Below, in pieces: positions 56,656-64,000 of a DNA stretch of 64,000 bases (position 1 is the first letter of the stretch; each line of letters begins with the position of its first letter). The stretch is taken from positions 312,982-376,981 of the forward strand of contig CAZEDL010000001.1 in the NCBI GenBank assembly GCA_964510885.1. The letters run 5' to 3'. Made by a program: the position numbers and the translations under genes. Below the pieces are notes generated by a model. It did not search any database and was not told where the DNA came from. It worked only from the letters and a program-made list of their open reading frames with translations. The DNA comes from an uncultured Gammaproteobacteria bacterium (GTDB taxonomy: Bacteria > Patescibacteriota > Patescibacteriia > Magasanikbacterales > GWA2-37-8).

Positions 56656-56776
56656 CGCCCCCAACCCCTGCCCCATCCCGATCCGCATCGGGACAGCGTG
56701 GCCCGAATCAATCCCCTGCCTTTCGTTCTCTAGTAGTTAGCTAGTAGCGAGCGAAAGGGGTTGACTTCGAGAGAAT

Positions 56777-56807
56777 TAAAAAATCCTGCTTCTAGGCAGG
56801 ATTTTTT
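56777..56807. terminator. Bidirectional rho-independent terminator between the convergent lipoprotein and hypothetical genes
   Basis: aaaaaatcctgc-ttctag-gcaggatttttt: a perfect 8-bp stem flanked by an A-run and a T-run. Confidence 0.7.
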
Positions 56808-56809
56808 AA

Positions 56810-57727
56810 TTAACCTCTCTGATTTTGTAGTTGTAATGCTGCTTGTAACTCGGTAACGCCAGCTCTTGCCAAAGTATCAGGATCGTTCATAAATCCGGCG
56901 ACCAGATAACCATCTGGGCTGCCTGATTGACTTAGCACGTTCACTGTAACAGGAATTCTGTCTTCTTTTTTTCTTGTTCCCCACAGTCTGCCTGGAACTT
57001 CATTAGAACGAACAACAACGAATGGTATCTCGGCAATTACGTATGATGTTGGTACCGTGCCGACAAAGGCTTCGGCGCTTTTTTTACGAGCCTTATTATA
57101 TGCAGATACACAGTTAGATAGAGCGGTGATAAATTGTGCCAGTTCCCGTGGTTTTTCATTTTCATTAAATTCACCTTGCTTTCTAAAATTAGCGATCACC
57201 AGGTCTAAATTTTCTTTGGCTCGGCTGATTTCATTGGCTCTTTCAGCTTCTTGAGCTATATCCTGTTTAGTTTTTTGAACAATCGCTTCTTGGCGTAATA
57301 TTTCCTCGACTGCCAGGCGCAGCCCTCCGGCTTCAGGAAAATTATTGAGCGGCACACCCCCTGATTCCCGGCCGCCAGCCATATATTTGAGCCAGTGCCT
57401 AACAGTTACTGTATCAAACGAGCGCCCTTTAGCGTCTGTCATCTTGTCAGGCCATGATGCGACGATTTCAATAAATTTAGAGAAACTGGCCTCGCCCCTA
57501 TTAGCCAGCTCTAAAAAGCTGCTGTTATCTAAAAAAGCTTGGGCTTTCGCAGTCGGATCTGGTTCACGGTCTCCTGCCACATCGACTACGGGATGGGCGC
57601 CGGCATGTCGCGGATTTATCTCCGCGCGACGCTGTGCGTTGCTAGGCGGCTTCACATCCTGAGATCTAACCAGTATATCGAACCGAGGATCGCCCTCACC
57701 AAATCTAGGCTTGTCTCCTTGTGACAT
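56810..57727 (-). CDS. Hypothetical protein (305 aa, soluble, helical)
   Basis: ORF only, upstream of secA on the same strand. Confidence 0.4.
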   Translation of the reverse strand: MSQGDKPRFGEGDPRFDILVRSQDVKPPSNAQRRAEINPRHAGAHPVVDVAGDREPDPTAKAQAFLDNSSFLELANRGEASFSKFIEIVASWPDKMTDAKGRSFDTVTVRHWLKYMAGGRESGGVPLNNFPEAGGLRLAVEEILRQEAIVQKTKQDIAQEAERANEISRAKENLDLVIANFRKQGEFNENEKPRELAQFITALSNCVSAYNKARKKSAEAFVGTVPTSYVIAEIPFVVVRSNEVPGRLWGTRKKEDRIPVTVNVLSQSGSPDGYLVAGFMNDPDTLARAGVTELQAALQLQNQRG

Positions 57728-57743
57728 AAATAGCTAATTTAGA

Positions 57744-60635
57744 TTATTTTTTACTCATCAATTGCTGATGTTCGGGCGTATTGAGCGCACCACACTTTTT
57801 GAACTTTTTCCCGGAACCGCAGGGGCAGGCTTCATTGCGACCGACTTCTTTATTACCAGAGGCCTGGATATTACCAGACACAACGGCCGCTTCGCCAGGT
57901 TGCACAGCACCACCCCCCATTGTCTTCTCAGCTCCGGCAAATTGCATATTGCCGCGCTCCATAACACTTGGGGCGAGTTGCATACCTAGGCTCATTTTGA
58001 AAATAGTGAAGACTACTTCTTGGTTGATAAGACTAAGGAGCTCATTGAACATGCGATAGGTCTCTTTTTTGTATTCCACCAGCGGATCGCGCTGGCCATA
58101 GCCGCGTAGGCCAATACCGGTGCGGAGGTAATCAATAGCTACCAGATGTTCTACCCAGAGGTTATCGATCGAGCGCAGCAAAATTTGTTTCTCGATTTCA
58201 AGCAATACTTCAGGGTGCGGTGATTTTTTAACAAGCAGTTCATCATATTTTTGTTTGGCTAATTCAAACAAATATTCAATGATGTGGGTGCGCTCGGTGA
58301 CGGCTTCAAGTTTAGCGTCATTTTTTGGACTAAATGATAATAATTTAGATTTTTCTGCATCTGTGAACGGAAATATAGTGGCCATGGTCCCGTATACTTC
58401 CTCAAGATCCCAGGCACGCTCATCTTCGGCATTGGTGTGGAGCGAGACGATTTGTTCGATCTCGGTTTCAATCATCTCAAAGATACGCTGGCGTGCAGTG
58501 AGCGGAGCCTCGGGAATAGCGGCGCCAGTTTCGATGGCGGTGGAAATAGCTGGTGGCAACGTTGGAACCACTTGCCCGGTAGCAGCCAGCGCCAGCTTGT
58601 CTTTTTCCTCGTGATAGCTCTGCAGAATCTTGCGGCGGAGGCCATAGATAACTTCGCGATGGCGATTCAAGACGTCGTCGTATTCAAGGAGGTGTTTGCG
58701 GGTATCGAAATGAAAGCCCTCCACTTTGCGCTGAGCTGATTCGATGAGGCGGGTAATGGCGCCTTGTTCGATCGGCATATCATCTGGAACTTTGAGTGCG
58801 ATCATGGCGCGCTTTAGGCGTTCGCCGGCAAAGATACGCATCAAATCATCTTCGGTGGACAGGAAGAATTGCGATTGACCAGGATCGCCTTGGCGGGCAG
58901 CGCGTCCGCGGAGCTGATTATCGATGCGGCGGCTTTCGTGGCGCTCGGTGCCGATGACGAATAATCCGCCGGCACCTTTGGCTTTGGCACTTTCGGCAGC
59001 TTCGGGCGGATTACCGCCGAGGATAATATCTACCCCGCGGCCAGCCATATTGGTGGCGAGCGTCACGGCGCCCGTGCGTCCGGCCTGAGCAATAATCTCA
59101 CCTTCGCGTTCATGATTTTTGGCATTGAGGACTTGATAGGACACGCCTTCTTGTTCGAGATACACCGCGAGCAATTCATTTTTAGCTACCGAAATAGTGC
59201 CGATAAGCACCGGTTCGCCAGCAGCCTGCAATTCTTTGACGCGTTTCGCGATGGCGCGGAATTTGGCATCTTCGGTGCGGTAAATGCGATCAGGATTATC
59301 GATACGAGCTTTAAGTTTGTTGGGTGGCACCACCACTACTTCGAGATGATAAATCTTGCCAAATTCTTCGGCTTCGGTGACGGCGGTACCGGTCATGCCG
59401 GACAGTTTTTTGTACAGGCGGAAATAATTTTGGAAGGTAACAGTGGCCATGGTTTGGCTTTCGCGCTGAATCGCCACGCGTTCTTGGGCTTCGATTGCTT
59501 GGTGCAGGCCTTCGCTATACCGGCGGCCCGGCATTTTGCGGCCGGTGAATTCGTCGACGATGATAACTTCGTTGTTTTCGACTACGTAATCGCGATCACG
59601 TTTGAAGAGGGCACGAGCGCGCAAAGCCTGTTCAACATGGTGCACAGTAGTGATGCCGCCTTCGGCATAAATATTATCAACACCCAGCCACTGTTCAATT
59701 TTTTTGAGGCCCGCATCGGTGAGGCTGGCGGAGCGCATTTTTTCGTCGACATTGTAATCATCAGTTTCACTAAGCTGCTTTACTAGATCAGCAAATTTAT
59801 AATAGCGATCGGCCGCCTCTTCGGCTGGTGCGGAAATAATGAGGGGGGTGCGGGCTTCATCGATCAAAATGGAGTCAACTTCATCAACAATGGCAAAATT
59901 CAACTGCGGCTGACAGATTTGTTCCAGGCTTTGCACCATATTGTCACGCAGATAATCAAAGCCGAATTCATTATTGGTACCATAGATAATATCGCATTTG
60001 TAAACCTGTTGGCGCGAGCACGATTCGAGGTAGTCGTATTCAACCTTGAAGGTGCCAATTGCATCGCGTTCGCGGTCGGCTGGGCTACCTTCGGCGAGAC
60101 TCTGAGCCGGATCAGTGGCCCTGGCCTCTGCTGAATAACGGTATGACACTAATTGATTCTGAATAACACCGATAGTGAGGCCGAGGAAATCATAGATCTG
60201 TCCCATCCAGACCGCGTCGCGTTTGGCCAAATAATCATTGACGGTGACTAGATGTACACCTTTGCCAGTCAGCGCATTCAGATATACTGGTAAGGTGGCT
60301 GTGAGTGTTTTACCTTCACCGGTATGCATTTCGGCGATAGAGCCGCGATGGAGCACAATGCCACCAATCAGCTGCACATCGAAGTGGCGCATGCCGGTGA
60401 GGCGCTTACTCGCTTCGCGCACGGTGGCAAAGGCTTCGGGCAAAATATCATCGAGTGTTTCGCCTTTGCTCAGGCGAATTTTGAACTCGGCCGTTTTATC
60501 TTTGAGCTGATTATTACTGAGGCCGACAAAGTCTGGTTCGAGCGCATTGATACGATCTACGATCGGCTGAATCTGGCGGATTACTTTGGCATTCGGATCA
60601 CCGAATAATTTGGTCAGGAAAGACATATTCTTCAT
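57744..60635 (-). CDS. secA: Preprotein translocase ATPase SecA
   Basis: MSFLTKLFGDPNAKVIRQ..., Walker A MHTGEGKTLTATL, DEVDSILIDEARTPLIIS, and the C-terminal zinc finger CPCGSGKKFKKC. Confidence 0.9.
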   Translation of the reverse strand: MKNMSFLTKLFGDPNAKVIRQIQPIVDRINALEPDFVGLSNNQLKDKTAEFKIRLSKGETLDDILPEAFATVREASKRLTGMRHFDVQLIGGIVLHRGSIAEMHTGEGKTLTATLPVYLNALTGKGVHLVTVNDYLAKRDAVWMGQIYDFLGLTIGVIQNQLVSYRYSAEARATDPAQSLAEGSPADRERDAIGTFKVEYDYLESCSRQQVYKCDIIYGTNNEFGFDYLRDNMVQSLEQICQPQLNFAIVDEVDSILIDEARTPLIISAPAEEAADRYYKFADLVKQLSETDDYNVDEKMRSASLTDAGLKKIEQWLGVDNIYAEGGITTVHHVEQALRARALFKRDRDYVVENNEVIIVDEFTGRKMPGRRYSEGLHQAIEAQERVAIQRESQTMATVTFQNYFRLYKKLSGMTGTAVTEAEEFGKIYHLEVVVVPPNKLKARIDNPDRIYRTEDAKFRAIAKRVKELQAAGEPVLIGTISVAKNELLAVYLEQEGVSYQVLNAKNHEREGEIIAQAGRTGAVTLATNMAGRGVDIILGGNPPEAAESAKAKGAGGLFVIGTERHESRRIDNQLRGRAARQGDPGQSQFFLSTEDDLMRIFAGERLKRAMIALKVPDDMPIEQGAITRLIESAQRKVEGFHFDTRKHLLEYDDVLNRHREVIYGLRRKILQSYHEEKDKLALAATGQVVPTLPPAISTAIETGAAIPEAPLTARQRIFEMIETEIEQIVSLHTNAEDERAWDLEEVYGTMATIFPFTDAEKSKLLSFSPKNDAKLEAVTERTHIIEYLFELAKQKYDELLVKKSPHPEVLLEIEKQILLRSIDNLWVEHLVAIDYLRTGIGLRGYGQRDPLVEYKKETYRMFNELLSLINQEVVFTIFKMSLGMQLAPSVMERGNMQFAGAEKTMGGGAVQPGEAAVVSGNIQASGNKEVGRNEACPCGSGKKFKKCGALNTPEHQQLMSKK

Positions 60636-60892
60636 GAAAACATTATCATTAAAGCATTAAAACATGAAAACAGTGACTGATTTTTTTGTTTTAATGTTTT
60701 CGTATTTTCAGGTTTTAATGAGTATAACCTTAACATTTTATACTAAAAAAAACAAGGCTCTGTTGAGCCTTATTTTTAATCCCGATCACGCGGCCAGAGT
60801 TGACCGATTTATGGGGATGCGCCTGGCGAGAGGCGCGAGATTCGACCGCGCCGACGGAGGGGTGCTCACAGAGGGGGCGGGAAAGGGAAGGG

Positions 60893-61648
60893 TTACGGGC
60901 TGCTGAACTGGCACTCAGCGCGATCGCCCCCAATGCGATTGGCAAGCACCATGTCGTGCTGCAGCGACGGGATGAACGCCGTCGACGTGTAGACGCGGTA
61001 GATCCCGAGGTCGTCGGTGCCAGCGAGACTCCTGATGTGCAGGCGGGCATCATCGTCCGTCACGCACTCGCCCACGCTGGCGAATGGCACGCCGGTGATG
61101 TGGGTGTTGGTGGCGCGCTCGTAGCAGTCGACCGACCCCCAGTGCCTCGCCTCCACCTCCAGGTGCTCGCAGACCGTGGCCGAGACGAGCTCGCCGGGGC
61201 GAAGCGAGTTGGGGTGATCGCCCATCCAGATCTTCTCGACGGTCCTGTCAGCCGCCGTCACAGTGATCTGGTAGTTGGTCTCGGGCAAGAGCGGGATCTG
61301 ATCCTGCGGCAGCACACAGTCCATGAAGCCCGGGATGCGCTGGCAGCTGTAGACCACGTTGTAGACCGTCGGGGTCACAGTGACCGTCGGCGGACCCGCG
61401 GCCGCCTTGTCGAAGCAGATGCGCAGGTGGCGCCCCCTGAGGCCGGCGGGCCAGGTGGCGTGGGGCAGGATCTTCAGCGAACCGACCGGCTCGCCGAGCT
61501 TGTCACAGGGGTTGCGCGCCGGGCGCGTATCAGCGCCCGTCTCGATGAGAGACGACGCACCGTCGCCGCCACCATCCACTTCGCCACAGGCCGGGGCCAG
61601 GAGCAGCAAGAACGCTGCCAGGAGCAGCTGAGAAACATGCGAACGCAT
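60893..61648 (-). CDS. Hypothetical lipoprotein (GC-rich islet 5)
   Basis: Signal plus lipobox LLLLAPACG. SD GAGGTG upstream. A Cys-containing beta-rich mature domain. The antisense 331-aa ORF is Arg-rich and judged spurious. Confidence 0.45.
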   Translation of the reverse strand: MRSHVSQLLLAAFLLLLAPACGEVDGGGDGASSLIETGADTRPARNPCDKLGEPVGSLKILPHATWPAGLRGRHLRICFDKAAAGPPTVTVTPTVYNVVYSCQRIPGFMDCVLPQDQIPLLPETNYQITVTAADRTVEKIWMGDHPNSLRPGELVSATVCEHLEVEARHWGSVDCYERATNTHITGVPFASVGECVTDDDARLHIRSLAGTDDLGIYRVYTSTAFIPSLQHDMVLANRIGGDRAECQFSSP

Positions 61649-61885
61649 CTAGTCACCTCTATCATGGAAATGTTGGTCGGAAGCGGGGTGGACCGTCTCC
61701 TTTCTGTCTTCGCAGGTTTGACCTTGTCCTGCTTGACCGAAAATATACTTGGCACAGTATGCTTTCGTTCAAGCAGGAATCGTTACTTCGCATAATAAAG
61801 AACAAAAAATTAGGGTAATGCCCTAATTAATTTTTTAAAAACTACCACATTTTTACCTTTTTGTCAACCTTTTTAGACACTATTT

Positions 61886-62629
61886 TTAGATTTTACTTTG
61901 CCTTGATTTTTGTTTCATTTCTTCTTTATACCCCCGGCTATATTTGGCGATCCGATCAAAAATGCCCGTCTTGCCGATGATTGGATTCAGCCACCCCGAA
62001 GTAATGCAAAAGTAGGTGCGGAACGGAGCGGTGTGATGCACTTGATGATGGGTGGGTGAGAGAATAATGCGATACTTTTGCAGCAGTTTAATAAACCGCG
62101 GCGGATTGTCTAGGTGCGCCCAGCCATGAATTTGATTGGTTAAAAATATAAAGATGAGTAAAAACCATATCAATTCGCCGAGTAAAAAATTACCAGCACT
62201 GCTAGCGACATTAAGCCAATAGTACATCGGGATGAGCAGGAACAGGGACAGGAAAGAATTAGTCCCATTAACCTCTAAAAAGCTGTGGCGGGTAATTGCT
62301 TTCTCATCAACATGATGTTCGCGGAACGGGTGGATGAAATTTGGGCCGATGATGGGAGTGGTTTCGGAGCCAAAAGTGTCGCCGAGAAAATGTACCACGC
62401 CCGAGACTAGGTCAGCGCCAATATATGAAATAACTGGCACAATAAGAGCGATTAGCACTATCCACCAGGCCGACAGGATTGAAGCATTGACTACTAATTC
62501 CATTAGAAAAGCAATCGCAAAGCCGCCAAACAAACAGACGCTGATAAATTCAATTATTTTATAATAGGTGGGGCGAAATTTTTCGTGATCAAGTCGTGGT
62601 GTAGGAGCCGAGGTAACGTTATTCATCAT
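61886..62629 (-). CDS. CarF/TMEM189 (Kua)-family membrane lipid desaturase-like protein
   Basis: Polytopic membrane protein with the His boxes FREHHVDE, HGWAH, HHQVHH that are characteristic of the plasmanylethanolamine-desaturase/CarF family. Confidence 0.5.
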   Translation of the reverse strand: MMNNVTSAPTPRLDHEKFRPTYYKIIEFISVCLFGGFAIAFLMELVVNASILSAWWIVLIALIVPVISYIGADLVSGVVHFLGDTFGSETTPIIGPNFIHPFREHHVDEKAITRHSFLEVNGTNSFLSLFLLIPMYYWLNVASSAGNFLLGELIWFLLIFIFLTNQIHGWAHLDNPPRFIKLLQKYRIILSPTHHQVHHTAPFRTYFCITSGWLNPIIGKTGIFDRIAKYSRGYKEEMKQKSRQSKI

Positions 62630-62632
62630 AAT

Positions 62633-63679
62633 TTAGATATCAACCTGAGTAGTAGCAAAAACTTCACTATAATAGTGCAGGCAATTTTTGAGGCACGACC
62701 AATAGCCTTCTTCGGCATATTGGTAGCCTTCTTTTTGCAAATATTTTTTTATAATGGGGCGAATCTTACCAAGTATGTGATTTGAGAGCCCTGGGTACAA
62801 ATGGTGCTCGATATGACAATCGACCAACGCATTACCACCCATGCCGACCAAAATCCAGTGCGGGCGCAAATTGCGGGTGGTTTTGGTTTGGTGGGGCAGC
62901 CAGGGCAGGCGGGTAGCCGGATTCTCAAGACCAAGGTGATTGAAGACTGACAGGTGCAAAAACAGCGGTGCAAACAGACTGCGCATAATAAAGGCGTAGC
63001 CAATTGCAGCCGGCACGGAAACTACGAGTGAAAATAGATAAATAGGGAGAAGCCAGCCCGCTAGACCAAGGATACTATATATGGCCATCGCTTTCCATTT
63101 TCCTTTTAGGAAGATAACGCTATGCGCTACCAACCAAAATTGGACTAAAAACGGTGTGATGAAAAAATAGACGTATTTATGCAGCCATGGATAGTAAAAT
63201 TGTTTTTTTTCTTTGCTCGGGACATTCGGGTATACATGATGCACCTGAACATGGCGATGATGCCACCAGAGGCTGCTTTGCGCACACCAAAAGTCAGAAA
63301 AAATATAGGATAAGATGCGATTTAAGTGAGGTGATTTGGTAAAGGCCAGGTGGCTGGTTTCGTGGGTAGCAGTGATGCCTATGCCATAATAGGCATACGA
63401 CAAAATGACGATGCCGATGATTTTGAAGATAGCGCCGGGTACGGTAAAAATTCCATAGCCGAGAGCAAACAAAGCCAATCGGGCAAACAGGGCTACCCAT
63501 TCTTGTCCGTGACGGCTCCACCAGGATTGGGTGCTCACCAGATTGCGGACTTCTTTGGATAATTCTATAAAATTTTTTTCGGAAAAGAGATCGCGTACGT
63601 GCTCCATACCTAAAATAAAAAAGGTATACAAATTAACTAAAACCCAGTAGAATCCCCTGCAGTATAGCCTAAAAATCAA
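62633..63679 (-). CDS. Membrane fatty-acid desaturase family protein (di-iron, three His boxes)
   Basis: HETSHLAF, HRHVQVHHVYPN, and HIEHHLYPG His boxes with four or more TM helices. Confidence 0.6.
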   Translation of the reverse strand: MIFRLYCRGFYWVLVNLYTFFILGMEHVRDLFSEKNFIELSKEVRNLVSTQSWWSRHGQEWVALFARLALFALGYGIFTVPGAIFKIIGIVILSYAYYGIGITATHETSHLAFTKSPHLNRILSYIFSDFWCAQSSLWWHHRHVQVHHVYPNVPSKEKKQFYYPWLHKYVYFFITPFLVQFWLVAHSVIFLKGKWKAMAIYSILGLAGWLLPIYLFSLVVSVPAAIGYAFIMRSLFAPLFLHLSVFNHLGLENPATRLPWLPHQTKTTRNLRPHWILVGMGGNALVDCHIEHHLYPGLSNHILGKIRPIIKKYLQKEGYQYAEEGYWSCLKNCLHYYSEVFATTQVDI

Positions 63680-63683
63680 GATT

Positions 63684-64000
63684 ATGCAACCTCTTAGCCC
63701 ACGGAAAAAAGCTTACATTGGCTTGGCTTTTGTCCTGTTTACCAGCCTTATCTTAGGACTGATTATGATGCGGTCGGCCGCTGAGCGGATTAAAAATGAC
63801 TACCGCCAGCTAGCCTCCCCTACCCTGCTCGATCGGAGTGGACAGATTATTTCAATTCAAAAAAATGCTCGTGGGTATTATGCCCGCTACCTACATACCG
63901 TGCCCGCGAAATTCACTGAGCGCCTGCTGGCCCAAGAAGATCACTATTTTTACTTTCACCCCGGTATTAACCCTATCAGCACACTGCGCGCACTTGGCCG
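63684..64000 (+). CDS. Penicillin-binding protein / peptidoglycan glycosyltransferase (GT51), N-terminal part only; runs off the window end
   Basis: N-terminal TM, then the GT51 signature QEDHYFYFHPGINPISTLRA (EDxxFxxHxG). Confidence 0.6.
   Translation, partial: MQPLSPRKKAYIGLAFVLFTSLILGLIMMRSAAERIKNDYRQLASPTLLDRSGQIISIQKNARGYYARYLHTVPAKFTERLLAQEDHYFYFHPGINPISTLRALG

Noticed and set aside
60800-61795. A 331-aa plus-strand ORF spanning GC-islet 5.
   Set aside because: It is the Arg/Ala-rich antisense frame of GC-rich DNA, with no SD and no domain features. The opposite-strand ORF has an SD, signal peptide and lipobox, so the minus strand is called. The same logic applies to the antisense ORFs 15820-16189, 55511-55882 and 55990-56688.

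Overview
The window is a gene-dense, moderately AT-rich bacterial chromosome segment with a reduced-genome character: single-copy housekeeping genes, a near-complete de novo purine pathway, and a type IV pilus cluster. All calls below come from reading the translated ORFs and the raw sequence, with no searches run.

Gene content in order:
- Positions 1-14.1 kb, all on the minus strand: ligA (3' end of the gene outside the window), then a type-IV-pilus/surface cluster. It contains a prepilin peptidase, a pilin, a CheY-like receiver, PilM, three secreted or membrane proteins (one with a dockerin-like C-terminus), a roughly 1,870-aa repeat-rich surface protein, and a CHASE3/HAMP/PAS sensor.
- 14.3-22.5 kb: cysS, a CorA-like transporter, a TraD/VirD4-like membrane ATPase, dnaX, and tRNA-Gln(CTG).
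- 23.4-25.6 kb: an ECF sigma factor, a candidate anti-sigma protein, and a lipoprotein.
- 25.7-46.3 kb, plus strand: folD, purA, purL, purM, a cupin, purQ fused to PurS-like domains, a HAD hydrolase, purC, purK, purE, purB, purF, purD, a DUF559-purN fusion ORF, purH, and an amidohydrolase.
- 46.7-50.5 kb: guaB and guaA, divergent.
- 50.6-64 kb: secF, secD with an embedded parvulin domain, secA, two adjacent membrane desaturases, and the 5' end of a PBP transglycosylase.

Most unusual: the purine operon is riddled with two related families of palindromic MITE-like elements. Family A has TGTCATYC... termini; family B has AATCCCCGCTTGGGCGGGGTAGGGGTGGGTGAG half-sites.
- Four copies sit in-frame inside essential genes (purL, purD twice, purH) without breaking the ORFs, in the manner of Rickettsia palindromic elements.
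- Two longer elements have the same inverted-repeat termini flanking a small nuclease gene: a DUF559/Vsr-like endonuclease between purD and purN, and a GIY-YIG nuclease after the amidohydrolase. These look like the autonomous parents of the MITEs.

Secondary oddities:
- Five short, sharply GC-rich islets in an AT-rich genome. Each encodes a small secreted, Lys-rich or lipo-protein; one abuts tRNA-Gln, and two share a near-identical promoter.
- A four-helix-bundle (rRNA-IVS-type) gene with an in-frame TGA.
- A standalone paralog of the N-terminal half of the TraD-like ATPase.

No CRISPR arrays and no rRNA genes were seen.
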